Positions 1 through 8,517 of a stretch of 64,000 bases of DNA are shown piece after piece. How positions within the stretch are numbered: position 1 is the first letter of the stretch; each line of letters opens with the position of its first letter. The notes beneath the pieces were generated by a model that did no database searches, was not told the DNA's origin, and saw only the letters and a list, made by a program, of their open reading frames with translations. Position numbers and translations under genes: made by a program. The stretch is from a virus (lineage: Duplodnaviria; Heunggongvirae; Uroviricota; Caudoviricetes), in IMG/VR virus record IMGVR_UViG_3300032116_000094, positions 1 through 64,000 of that record, one strand, 5' to 3'.

Positions 1-177
1 GAAGTATACTATAACTATGAATTTAGAGACAAAATTTGTAAGTTAATTCGTTTAAAAAAGGTTGATTTTGAAATACTTCTGAGCAAATGGGTTGAAGATA
101 CCTTTCAAATGAAGGTTAAGACCATCGCTTCCGAGTATCCTTTCGCCTCAAAGCTGTTGAAGATACCAACCAAATAA
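1..177 (+). CDS. Array-A paralog, 3' partial (5' end upstream of window)
   Basis: In frame from nt 1. Nt 1-128 are identical to 343-470 of unit 190..516. Unique tail AS EYPFASK then LKIPTK*, stop TAA 175-177. Confidence 0.6.
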   Translation, partial: EVYYNYEFRDKICKLIRLKKVDFEILLSKWVEDTFQMKVKTIASEYPFASKLLKIPTK

Positions 178-189
178 AATCCAAATAAC

Positions 190-516
190 ATGAGCAAAGA
201 AGAATATTATAGTAAAATAAAAAAAATTGTTTACCGAAAGTTTGACGAACTGGAAGTGGTTGAACGTAACGATGGAGACGACATATATCTTCATTATAAA
301 AATAATAGATATGCTGAAATCCTAATTAAGAAAAAATCAGGTGAAGTATACTATAACTATGAATTTAGAGACAAAATTTGTAAGTTAATTCGTTTAAAAA
401 AGGTTGATTTTGAAATACTTCTGAGCAAATGGGTTGAAGATACCTTTCAAATGAAGGTTAAGACCATCGACGTAACCGATGTATTGCTCTATTTTCTGGT
501 TGAAGATACCAACTAA
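190..516 (+). CDS. Array-A paralog unit 1 (~108 aa; conserved body + unique C-terminal tail)
   Basis: ORF. N-term MSKEEYYSKIKK. WVEDTFQMKV motif. Tail KTIDVTDVLLYFL then VEDTN*. Confidence 0.7.
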   Translation: MSKEEYYSKIKKIVYRKFDELEVVERNDGDDIYLHYKNNRYAEILIKKKSGEVYYNYEFRDKICKLIRLKKVDFEILLSKWVEDTFQMKVKTIDVTDVLLYFLVEDTN

Positions 517-532
517 ATAAAAACTAAATGAT

Positions 533-862
533 ATGAGCAAAGAAGAATATTATAATAAAATAAAAAAATTAATTTACAGAAAGTTTGATGAACTAGAGGT
601 ATTCAAAAGTACTAATGGAAAGAAAATATATCTTCATTATAAAAATAGTGAATATGCAAATATCCTAATTAATAAAAAATCAGGTGAAGTATACTATCAT
701 TATAATTTTAGAGACAAATTTTTTTATACAATTCGTTTAGAAAATGCTGATTTTCAAATATTCTTGAAAGGATGGATTGAAAATACCTTTCAAATTAAGG
801 TAAGTCACCCTGCTGTAATCCCAAGCCACCTGATTCGTTGGTTGAAGATACCAACTAAATAA
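533..862 (+). CDS. Array-A paralog unit 2
   Basis: ORF. MSKEEYY N-term. Tail SHPAVIPSHLIRW then LKIPTK* (R2 read in a different frame). Confidence 0.7.
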   Translation: MSKEEYYNKIKKLIYRKFDELEVFKSTNGKKIYLHYKNSEYANILINKKSGEVYYHYNFRDKFFYTIRLENADFQIFLKGWIENTFQIKVSHPAVIPSHLIRWLKIPTK

Positions 863-874
863 AATTTAGATAAC

Positions 875-1189
875 ATGAGCAAAGAAGAATATTATAGTAA
901 AATAAAAAGATTCGTTTATAAAAGGTTTAATGAGCTGGAAGTTATTGACCGTAATAATGGAAATTTTTTGTATCTTGGTTATAAAAACAAAGGTTATGCT
1001 GAGATTGTGATCGATAAAAACTCAGGTTTGGTTTACTACTATACTGGATTCAAAGATAAAATTAATAAGATGGTTCCGTTGAAAATGCGTGATTTTGAAA
1101 TTCTTTTGGATAGATGGGTTGAAGATACCTTTAAAATAAAAGTGATCAATACCCTGTGGTACAGTAATTATTCATGGTACCGAATTTGA
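875..1189 (+). CDS. Array-A paralog unit 3
   Basis: ORF. Tail INTLWYSNYSWYRI*. Stop falls inside R2 (third frame). Confidence 0.7.
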   Translation: MSKEEYYSKIKRFVYKRFNELEVIDRNNGNFLYLGYKNKGYAEIVIDKNSGLVYYYTGFKDKINKMVPLKMRDFEILLDRWVEDTFKIKVINTLWYSNYSWYRI

Positions 1190-1218
1190 AGATACATCCC
1201 AAATAAAATTTATATAAC

Positions 1219-1551
1219 ATGAGCAAAGAACAGTATTATAATAAAATAAAAATATTCATTTACAGAAAGTTTGAAGAACTGGAAGTGGTTGAACGTGATA
1301 AAGGAAATGTTTTGTATATTCGTTATAATAATGAAATATATGCCCAGATATTAATTGAAAAAAAATCAGGTAAGGTTTACTACTCTTATAGGTTAAGTAA
1401 AAAAATGTATAAAATAATCCCGTTGGAAACGACTGATTTTGAGTTATTTTTGAGCAAATGGATTGAAAATACTTTTCAAGTGAAGGTAAAACAAATCTTA
1501 CATGGCAAAAAAACACGATCACGTGCTTGGCTAAAAATACCTTTAAAATAA
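1219..1551 (+). CDS. Array-A paralog unit 4
   Basis: ORF. MSKEQYY N-term. First ~90 nt identical to unit 1564..1902. Tail KQILHGKKTRSRAW then LKIPLK. Confidence 0.7.
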   Translation: MSKEQYYNKIKIFIYRKFEELEVVERDKGNVLYIRYNNEIYAQILIEKKSGKVYYSYRLSKKMYKIIPLETTDFELFLSKWIENTFQVKVKQILHGKKTRSRAWLKIPLK

Positions 1552-1563
1552 AATTTAGATAAC

Positions 1564-1902
1564 ATGAGCAAAGAACAGTATTATAATAAAATAAAAATAT
1601 TCATTTACAGAAAGTTTGAAGAACTGGAAGTGGTTGAACGTGATAAAGGAAATTATTTGTATCTTCGTCACAAAAATGACGAATTCGTTCAAATCATGAT
1701 TGATAAAAAATCTAGTTTGGTTTACTACTATACTAAATTCAGAGATAAAATTAATAAGATAGTTCGGTTGGAACAGACTGATTTTGAAATTCTTTTGAAG
1801 AGATGGGTTGAAGATACATTTAAAATAAAGGTGATCAATATCAAGATGAGGTTTTCACGGTGGAGCCCGATGGATGAACATAACTTTAAGATAAAATTTT
1901 AA
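1564..1902 (+). CDS. Array-A paralog unit 5
   Basis: ORF. Tail INIKMRFSRWSPMDEHNF then KIKF. Confidence 0.7.
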   Translation: MSKEQYYNKIKIFIYRKFEELEVVERDKGNYLYLRHKNDEFVQIMIDKKSSLVYYYTKFRDKINKIVRLEQTDFEILLKRWVEDTFKIKVINIKMRFSRWSPMDEHNFKIKF

Positions 1903-1906
1903 TAAA

Positions 1907-2221
1907 ATGAGTAAAGAAGAGTATTATAGTAAAATAAAAAGATTTGTTTACCGAAAGTTTAATGAATTGGAAGTGGTTGAACGTAATCTTGGCGATGCTT
2001 TGTTTCTTCGTTATAATAATGAACCATATGCTCAGATCCGAATTAATATAAAATCGGGTAATGTTTACTATTATCGTAACTTTAGAAACAAATTTATTAA
2101 GGTAATTCATATGGAAAATAGTGATTTTGAAATACTTTTGGGCAAATGGATTGAAGAAACCTTTCAAATTAAGGTTAGCGACATTATACCCCAAAAATAC
2201 ACCATTATACTCATTGATTGA
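1907..2221 (+). CDS. Array-A paralog unit 6
   Basis: ORF. Tail SDIIPQKYTIILID. Confidence 0.7.
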   Translation: MSKEEYYSKIKRFVYRKFNELEVVERNLGDALFLRYNNEPYAQIRINIKSGNVYYYRNFRNKFIKVIHMENSDFEILLGKWIEETFQIKVSDIIPQKYTIILID

Positions 2222-2250
2222 AGATACCTTCCAAATAAAAACTAAGTAAC

Positions 2251-2589
2251 ATGAGCAAAGAAGAATATTATAGTAAAATAAAAAGATTTGTTTACAGAAA
2301 GTTTGATGAACTGGAAGTAACTGAACGTAATAAACGAAATGACTTGTATCTTCATTATAAAAATAACGAATATGCTGAAATCCTAATTAAGAAAAAATCA
2401 GGTGAAGTATACTATAACTATAACTATGAACTTAGTGACAAATTTTTTATGACAATTAATTTAGAAAAGGTTGATTTTGAAATACTTCTGGGCAGATGGG
2501 TTGAAGATACCTTTCAAATGAAGGTGAATCACACCCATGAGTGCGTACTCGTGATCGAGCATATGATGTTGAAGATACCTTTCAAATAA
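2251..2589 (+). CDS. Array-A paralog unit 7
   Basis: ORF. Tail NHTHECVLVIEHMM then LKIPFK. Confidence 0.7.
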   Translation: MSKEEYYSKIKRFVYRKFDELEVTERNKRNDLYLHYKNNEYAEILIKKKSGEVYYNYNYELSDKFFMTINLEKVDFEILLGRWVEDTFQMKVNHTHECVLVIEHMMLKIPFK

Positions 2590-2601
2590 AATTTAGATAA
2601 C

Positions 2602-2937
2602 ATGAGCAAAGAAGAATATTATAGTAAAATAAAAAGATTTGTTTACCGAAAGTTTGACGAACTGGAAGTGATTCATAGTAGTCATAACAATGATTTGTAT
2701 ATTCGCTATAAAAATGATAAATATGCACAGATCGTAATCGGAAAAACAACTGGGTTTATTTTTTATTATTATGAATTTAAAGACAAAATTTGTAATATCA
2801 TTCAGTTGGAAACGCGTGATTTTAAAATACTTTTAGAACGATGGGTTCAAGATACTTTTCAAATAAAAGTGGAGCTCACTGTTAAAATTGATTACATGAG
2901 CGGTCTGCTCGTTGAAGATACCAATAAAATAACTTAA
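2602..2937 (+). CDS. Array-A paralog unit 8
   Basis: ORF. Tail ELTVKIDYMSGLL then VEDTNKIT. Confidence 0.7.
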   Translation: MSKEEYYSKIKRFVYRKFDELEVIHSSHNNDLYIRYKNDKYAQIVIGKTTGFIFYYYEFKDKICNIIQLETRDFKILLERWVQDTFQIKVELTVKIDYMSGLLVEDTNKIT

Positions 2938-2942
2938 ATGAC

Positions 2943-3272
2943 ATGAGTAAAGATAGGTTATATAAAGGAATAAAAAATATCATTTATCGGGAAATTGATT
3001 CGCTGCAAGTTAGCGAACGTAATGATGGAATTTACGTTTATCTTCATTATAAAAATCCTGACCGTGCTCAGATTGTAATTGAAAAAAATTCGGGTTGGGT
3101 TTTCTATTATTATAGATTCAAAGACAAAATTTTTAAGAAAATTCCGCTGGAAAACCGTGATTTTGAAATACTTTTAGAGCAATGGGTTGAAGATAAATTT
3201 CAAATAAAAGTGACCGGCATCTGGAGATCGAAGTTTCTTTCAATGGCTGCATTGAATATACCTCCCAAATAA
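2943..3272 (+). CDS. Array-A paralog unit 9
   Basis: ORF. MSKDRLY N-term. Tail TGIWRSKFLSMAAL then NIPPK. Tail is near-identical to the next unit. Confidence 0.7.
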   Translation: MSKDRLYKGIKNIIYREIDSLQVSERNDGIYVYLHYKNPDRAQIVIEKNSGWVFYYYRFKDKIFKKIPLENRDFEILLEQWVEDKFQIKVTGIWRSKFLSMAALNIPPK

Positions 3273-3284
3273 AAATTAAATGAT

Positions 3285-3614
3285 ATGAGCAAAAAGGAAT
3301 ATTATAGTAAAATAAAAAGATTTGTTTACAGAAGGTTTGATGAACTGGAAGTGGCTGAAGGTGATAATGGGAATATTTTGTGTTTTGGTTATAAAAACAA
3401 AGGTTATGCGGAGATTGTGATCTATAAAAACTCAGGTCGGGTTTTCTATTCTAAAAGATTCAGAGACAAAATTAATAAGATATTTCGGTTTGAAGAGATT
3501 GATTTTAAAATTTTTTTGAAGAAATGGGTTGAAGATAAATTTAAAATAAAAGTGACCGGCGTCTGGATATCGAAGTTTCTTTCAATGGCAGCATTGAATA
3601 TGCCACCCAAATAA
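3285..3614 (+). CDS. Array-A paralog unit 10
   Basis: ORF. Tail TGVWISKFLSMAAL then NMPPK (recent duplicate of unit 9 tail). Confidence 0.7.
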   Translation: MSKKEYYSKIKRFVYRRFDELEVAEGDNGNILCFGYKNKGYAEIVIYKNSGRVFYSKRFRDKINKIFRFEEIDFKIFLKKWVEDKFKIKVTGVWISKFLSMAALNMPPK

Positions 3615-3626
3615 AAATTAAATGAC

Positions 3627-3971
3627 ATGAGTAAAGAAAAATATTACAACAAAATAAAAAGATACATTTACAGAAAGTTTGAGGAACTGGAGGTATTCGA
3701 AAGTAATGATGGAAATTATTTGTATCTTCGTTACAAACATGCTGAATTTGCTAAAATAGTGGTTAATAAAAGCTTACTTAAAGTTTCCTACTATACTGGA
3801 TTCAGAGATAAAATTAATAAGATAGTTCCGTTGGAAAAACGTGATTTTGAAATTCTATTGAAGAGATGGATTAAAGATACATTTCAAATGAAGATGAAAA
3901 ATGCCAACGCGATAAAGTACGCAGAGGTGCTGCTAGTCGTTGAAGATACTTTTAAAATAAAATTTAGATAA
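3627..3971 (+). CDS. Array-A paralog unit 11
   Basis: ORF. Tail KNANAIKYAEVLLV then VEDTFKIKFR (R2 read in frame a through to KFR*). Confidence 0.7.
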   Translation: MSKEKYYNKIKRYIYRKFEELEVFESNDGNYLYLRYKHAEFAKIVVNKSLLKVSYYTGFRDKINKIVPLEKRDFEILLKRWIKDTFQMKMKNANAIKYAEVLLVVEDTFKIKFR

Positions 3972-3972
3972 C

Positions 3973-4296
3973 ATGAGCAAAGAACAGTATTATAATAAAA
4001 TAAAAAGGTACATTTACAGAAAGTTTGATGAACTGGAAGTGATTAATAAAGGAGCTTATGTGTATCTTCGTTATAAAAACGATGATTATGCCGACATCCT
4101 AATTCGAAAAGAATTAGGTTATGTTTACTATTATTCTGGATTTAAAAAGAAAATTATTAATATAACCCGGTTGGAGACACGTGATTTTGAAATACTTCTG
4201 TACAGATGGATTGAAAATACCCTTCAAATAAAGGTTAATGAGATCTATTCTAAGGGTGGAGAAACCTTCGACAGATTTGAGATTCCTTTCAAATAA
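3973..4296 (+). CDS. Array-A paralog unit 12
   Basis: ORF. Tail NEIYSKGGETFDRFE then IPFK. Confidence 0.7.
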   Translation: MSKEQYYNKIKRYIYRKFDELEVINKGAYVYLRYKNDDYADILIRKELGYVYYYSGFKKKIINITRLETRDFEILLYRWIENTLQIKVNEIYSKGGETFDRFEIPFK

Positions 4297-4308
4297 AATT
4301 TTAATGAT

Positions 4309-4638
4309 ATGAAAAAAGAAGAATATTATAATAAAATAAAAAGATTGGTTTATAGAAAGTTTAACGAACTGGAATTGGTTGAACGTAATAATCGAAATGA
4401 GTTGTATCTTCGTTATAAAAATGGTGACTCCGCTCAAATCATGATCAATAAAAACTCAGGTTGGGTTTACTATTTTAGAAGATTCAGATACAAAATTGAT
4501 AACATGATTCGGTTGGAACAGGATGATTTTGAAATACTTCTAACTAAATGGGTTGAAGATACCTTTAAAATAAAGGTGATCAACACCCATTGCACCGGGT
4601 TCGTTCACCAATTTCCGTTGAAGATACCTTTAAAATAA
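4309..4638 (+). CDS. Array-A paralog unit 13 (followed by a second repeat-spacer module)
   Basis: ORF. Tail INTHCTGFVHQFP then LKIPLK. Downstream 4617-4716 holds another full repeat plus an unrelated spacer. Confidence 0.7.
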   Translation: MKKEEYYNKIKRLVYRKFNELELVERNNRNELYLRYKNGDSAQIMINKNSGWVYYFRRFRYKIDNMIRLEQDDFEILLTKWVEDTFKIKVINTHCTGFVHQFPLKIPLK

Positions 4639-4716
4639 AGGTGATCAACACCATACAGCGGCTGTACTCAAATATATTGCAGGTTGAAGATACCCTTCAA
4701 ATAAAATTTAAATAAC
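4552..4716 (+). repeat. Repeat-spacer-repeat-spacer-repeat module at the 3' end of unit 13
   Basis: gttgaagatacctttaaaataaaggtgatcaaca occurs exactly twice (4552-4585, 4617-4650). A degenerate third copy is at 4683-4706. Intervening segments of 31 and 32 nt are unrelated. Confidence 0.85.
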
Positions 4717-5046
4717 ATGAGCAAAGAACAGTATTATAATAAAATAAAAAAATTCGTGTACAGAAAGTTTGACGAACTGGAAGTGAGCAAACGTAATCTT
4801 GGAAACGATATATTTCTTCATTATAACAATGCGAAATATGATCAGATCCTAATTCAAAAAAAATCGGGTTATATTTACTATCAATCTAAATATAGAGATA
4901 AAATTATTAAACCAATAGCATTGGAAAATGTTGATTTTGAAATACTTTTAAAGCGATGGGTTGAAGATACCTTTCAAATGAAAGTTAATGACACCGGGCT
5001 CAAGTATATGAGCAACGCCACAGAGTTAAAGAAACCTCCCAAATAA
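4717..5046 (+). CDS. Array-A paralog unit 14
   Basis: ORF. Tail NDTGLKYMSNATE then LKKPPK. Confidence 0.7.
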   Translation: MSKEQYYNKIKKFVYRKFDELEVSKRNLGNDIFLHYNNAKYDQILIQKKSGYIYYQSKYRDKIIKPIALENVDFEILLKRWVEDTFQMKVNDTGLKYMSNATELKKPPK

Positions 5047-5058
5047 AAATTAAATGAT

Positions 5059-5403
5059 ATGAGTAAAGAAGACTATTACAGCAAAATAAAAAGATACATT
5101 TACAGAAAGTTTGAGGAACTGGAGGTATTTGAAAGTAGTGATGGAAATGAGATATACCTTTATTATAAAGGTGAAAAATATGCTGAGATCCGAGCTAAAA
5201 GAACTGTAGGTGAACTAATCTATTATTATGGGTTTAGCAACAAAATTATTAAGCCAATTCCTATAGAAAATCGTGATTTTGAAATACTTTTGAGGGTATT
5301 TATTGAAGATACATTTCAAATGAAAGTTAATGAAATCTATGGCTGGGATGGACACAAGACTATCACCGCGTTAAGAATACCTTACAGGTTAAAAGATAAC
5401 TGA
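5059..5403 (+). CDS. Array-A paralog unit 15
   Basis: ORF. Tail NEIYGWDGHKTITA then LRIPYRLKDN. Confidence 0.7.
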   Translation: MSKEDYYSKIKRYIYRKFEELEVFESSDGNEIYLYYKGEKYAEIRAKRTVGELIYYYGFSNKIIKPIPIENRDFEILLRVFIEDTFQMKVNEIYGWDGHKTITALRIPYRLKDN

Positions 5404-5404
5404 T

Positions 5405-5737
5405 ATGAATAAAGAAAAATATTATAATAAAATAAAAAAGTACATTTACAGAAAGTTTAATGAATTAGAAGTTATTGAACGTGATAATGGGAACGACATA
5501 TATCTTCGGTATAAAAATGATGATTATGCTAAGATCCTAGTTAAAAGAAATTCAGGTGAAGTAATTTATTATTATAGATTTAGAAGCAAAATTCTTAAGC
5601 CAATCCCTATAGAAAAGCGTGATTTTGAAATACTTTTGAGCAGATGGGTTGAAGATAAATTCAAAATTAAGGTTAACTATATCCTAATTTTGTCTCCAGG
5701 GTCATTCACAATCAGGTTAAAAATACCTCCCAAATAA
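5405..5737 (+). CDS. Array-A paralog unit 16
   Basis: ORF. MNKEKYY N-term. Tail NYILILSPGSFTIR then LKIPPK. Confidence 0.7.
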   Translation: MNKEKYYNKIKKYIYRKFNELEVIERDNGNDIYLRYKNDDYAKILVKRNSGEVIYYYRFRSKILKPIPIEKRDFEILLSRWVEDKFKIKVNYILILSPGSFTIRLKIPPK

Positions 5738-5749
5738 AAATTAAATGAT

Positions 5750-6064
5750 ATGAGAAAAGAAAAATATTATAATATAATAAAAAAGTACATCTACAGAAAG
5801 TTTGATGTACTGGAAGTGGTTAAACGTAATGATGGCAATACTTTGTATCTTCGTTATAAAAATAACGAATATGCTGAAATCATAATTAATAAAAAATTTG
5901 GCGAAGTATACTATTATTCTGAATATAAGAAGAAAATTTGTTATATGATTGGCATTAATCAGGTTGATTTTGAAATACTTTTGAAGAGCTGGGTTGAAGA
6001 AACCTTTCAAATGAAGGTGAGTTACACCTCAGGAAGTTTTGGTGTTAATTGGCTTGTTCGTTGA
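5750..6064 (+). CDS. Array-A paralog unit 17
   Basis: ORF. Tail SYTSGSFGVNWLVR. Confidence 0.7.
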   Translation: MRKEKYYNIIKKYIYRKFDVLEVVKRNDGNTLYLRYKNNEYAEIIINKKFGEVYYYSEYKKKICYMIGINQVDFEILLKSWVEETFQMKVSYTSGSFGVNWLVR

Positions 6065-6093
6065 AGATACCTTTCAAATAAAAATTAAATGAT

Positions 6094-6423
6094 ATGAGCA
6101 AAGAAGAATATTATAGTAAAATAAAAAAAATCATTTACAGAAAGTTTGACGAACTGGAAGTGGTTAAACGTAATAGAGGAAATAATTTGTATCTTCGTTA
6201 TAAAAATGAAGAATACGCTCAGATTCGAATTAATAAAAAATCAGATTTTGTTTACTATTCTTATACTTTAAGTGACAAAATTTGTAAGATATTTCAGTTG
6301 GAAAAGCGTGATTTTGAAATAATCTTAAGGGCCTGGATTGAAGATACCTTTAAAATTAAACAAATACTTATCCAAAGATGTAATGTGCTGCTGTCATCAA
6401 CGTTGTACATACCTTTGAAATAA
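6094..6423 (+). CDS. Array-A paralog unit 18
   Basis: ORF. Tail QILIQRCNVLLSSTLY then IPLK. Confidence 0.7.
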   Translation: MSKEEYYSKIKKIIYRKFDELEVVKRNRGNNLYLRYKNEEYAQIRINKKSDFVYYSYTLSDKICKIFQLEKRDFEIILRAWIEDTFKIKQILIQRCNVLLSSTLYIPLK

Positions 6424-6435
6424 AAATTCAATGAT

Positions 6436-6777
6436 ATGAGCAAAGAAAAGTATTATAATAAAATAAAAAGATTCATTTATAAAAGGTTTAATGAATTGGA
6501 ACTGATTGAACGTAATAATGGAGAGTATTTGTATCTTCGTTATAAAAATGAAGAATACGCTCAAATCAAGATTAATAAAAAATCAGGTAGGGTTCTTTAT
6601 TATTTTAGATTCAGAAACAAAATTTGTAAGACAATTAGTTTGGAAAAGACTGATTTTGAAATACTTCTGAGCAAATGGGTTGAAGATACCTTTCAAATAA
6701 AAATGATCAGCACCGCTGTACGGACACTGAAACAATCAATGTTGGTTGAAAATACCAACCAAATAAAACTTAAATGA
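6436..6777 (+). CDS. Array-A paralog unit 19
   Basis: ORF. Tail ISTAVRTLKQSML then VENTNQIKLK. Confidence 0.7.
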   Translation: MSKEKYYNKIKRFIYKRFNELELIERNNGEYLYLRYKNEEYAQIKINKKSGRVLYYFRFRNKICKTISLEKTDFEILLSKWVEDTFQIKMISTAVRTLKQSMLVENTNQIKLK

Positions 6778-6778
6778 T

Positions 6779-7093
6779 ATGGATAAAGAAGAATATTATA
6801 ATAAAATAAAAAGATTCATTTATAAAAGGTTTAATGAATTGGAAGTGATTGAACATAATAACGGAAATCTTATATATCTTCATTATAAAAATGAAGGTCA
6901 TGTTGAGGTCATAATTCAAAAAGAATTTGGTAGTGTTTTAAATTACTATAAATTCAGACAAAAAATTTGTAAAATGGTTGACTTGAAAGTGGTTGATTTT
7001 GAAATACTTTTGAACAGATGGGTTGAAGATACCTTAAAAATAAAGGTTGTACGCAACTCAGAATTTGACTTTAAAGTTGTGTTTTCTGGTTGA
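6779..7093 (+). CDS. Array-A paralog unit 20
   Basis: ORF. MDKEEYY N-term. Tail VRNSEFDFKVVFSG. Confidence 0.7.
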   Translation: MDKEEYYNKIKRFIYKRFNELEVIEHNNGNLIYLHYKNEGHVEVIIQKEFGSVLNYYKFRQKICKMVDLKVVDFEILLNRWVEDTLKIKVVRNSEFDFKVVFSG

Positions 7094-7122
7094 AGATGCC
7101 TCCAAAATAAAACTTAAATGAT

Positions 7123-7422
7123 ATGGATAAAGAAGAGTATTATAATAAAATAAAAAATTGGGTGTACAGGAAGTTTGATGAGCTTGAACCACACAAAATT
7201 TATAGTGAGGACACAATATGCCTTCGTTATAAAAATAATAAATATACTCAGATCATAATTAACAAAAAATTAGGCGATGTAGTCTATTATACAGACTACA
7301 GAAACAAAATTTGTAAGCCTATTAGATTGCTACGAGATGATTTTGATATCCTTCTGAGCGAATGGATTGAAGATAGATTTAAAATCAAGGTTACTGACAT
7401 GGCCGGTAGATACTTTTTATAG
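7123..7422 (+). CDS. Array-A paralog unit 21
   Basis: ORF. Tail TDMAGRYFL. Confidence 0.65.
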   Translation: MDKEEYYNKIKNWVYRKFDELEPHKIYSEDTICLRYKNNKYTQIIINKKLGDVVYYTDYRNKICKPIRLLRDDFDILLSEWIEDRFKIKVTDMAGRYFL

Positions 7423-7465
7423 TTGATGAACGTTAAATATGCCTCCAAAATAAAACTTAAATAAT

Positions 7466-7804
7466 ATGGATAAAGAAAAATATTATAATAAAATAAAAAA
7501 ATGGATATATGAAAAGTTCAATGGGCTGAATATATATGAAAGTTATAATGGAAGCACAATATATCTTCATTATAAAAATGATGACCAAGTTCAGATCAAA
7601 ATTAGAAAAAATAGTGGCATAATTCAGTATTATAATGGTTTTATGGATAAAATTATTAAACCAATTTCTTTGAATCCTAATGATTTCGAAATACTCCTAG
7701 GCAGATGGGTTGAAGAAAAGTTTAAAACAGATGTTATTCACATCCGGTCTATTGGTGTTGTGCGTGTTCTGTTTGTTGAACATAAATTCAAAAGGAAAAT
7801 TTAA
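7466..7804 (+). CDS. Array-A paralog unit 22
   Basis: ORF. Tail IHIRSIGVVRVLF then VEHKFKRKI. Confidence 0.65.
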   Translation: MDKEKYYNKIKKWIYEKFNGLNIYESYNGSTIYLHYKNDDQVQIKIRKNSGIIQYYNGFMDKIIKPISLNPNDFEILLGRWVEEKFKTDVIHIRSIGVVRVLFVEHKFKRKI

Positions 7805-7815
7805 TTAAATTAATC

Positions 7816-8127
7816 ATGGATAAAGAAAAATTTTATAATAAAATAAAAATTTGGATATACAGAAAGTTTGATGAACTGGAAGTTAGTGAAAGCTCCGATG
7901 GGACAATAATATGCCTTCGTTACAAAGATAATGCTTACATTCAGGTCAGTATTGAAAAAACATACAACCAAATTATCTATAATGCCGCTTTCAGGGACAA
8001 TATTTCTAAGCTGATTCGATTGCAAAAGCGTGACTTTGAAACACTTCTAAGCAATTGGATTAAAAAGACCTTTAAAATGAAAGTGGCCACCATCATTCCG
8101 GGGTATACAGGTACATTATGTTATTGA
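7816..8127 (+). CDS. Array-A paralog unit 23
   Basis: ORF. Tail ATIIPGYTGTLCY. Confidence 0.65.
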   Translation: MDKEKFYNKIKIWIYRKFDELEVSESSDGTIICLRYKDNAYIQVSIEKTYNQIIYNAAFRDNISKLIRLQKRDFETLLSNWIKKTFKMKVATIIPGYTGTLCY

Positions 8128-8162
8128 AAAAACCTTTCAACTAAAAGTTAAATTATAATAAT

Positions 8163-8480
8163 ATGAGTAAAGAAGAATATTATGATAGAATAAAAAAATG
8201 GCTTTATATTAAGTTTGATGAACTGAAAGTAATTGAAAGCCTTAATGGAAATAACTTATTTTTTAAATATAAAAATCAAAAATATTGTGATATACGAATT
8301 CAAAAAAATTCAGGTATAGTTTTTTATTATTATATGTTTAGTGAGAAATTTTTTAACAGGATTCGTTTGAAAGAGGCTGATTTTGAAATAATTCTGAGCA
8401 AATGGATTGAAGATAGATTTAAAATTAAGGTAACTAAAATGGTTAAAAGGATCGTCGGAAGAGAAATCATTGTTGATTGA
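8163..8480 (+). CDS. Array-A paralog unit 24
   Basis: ORF. Tail TKMVKRIVGREIIVD. Confidence 0.65.
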   Translation: MSKEEYYDRIKKWLYIKFDELKVIESLNGNNLFFKYKNQKYCDIRIQKNSGIVFYYYMFSEKFFNRIRLKEADFEIILSKWIEDRFKIKVTKMVKRIVGREIIVD

Positions 8481-8517
8481 TACCTTTCAAGTGATGGCTA
8501 ATAATAAATAATACGGC

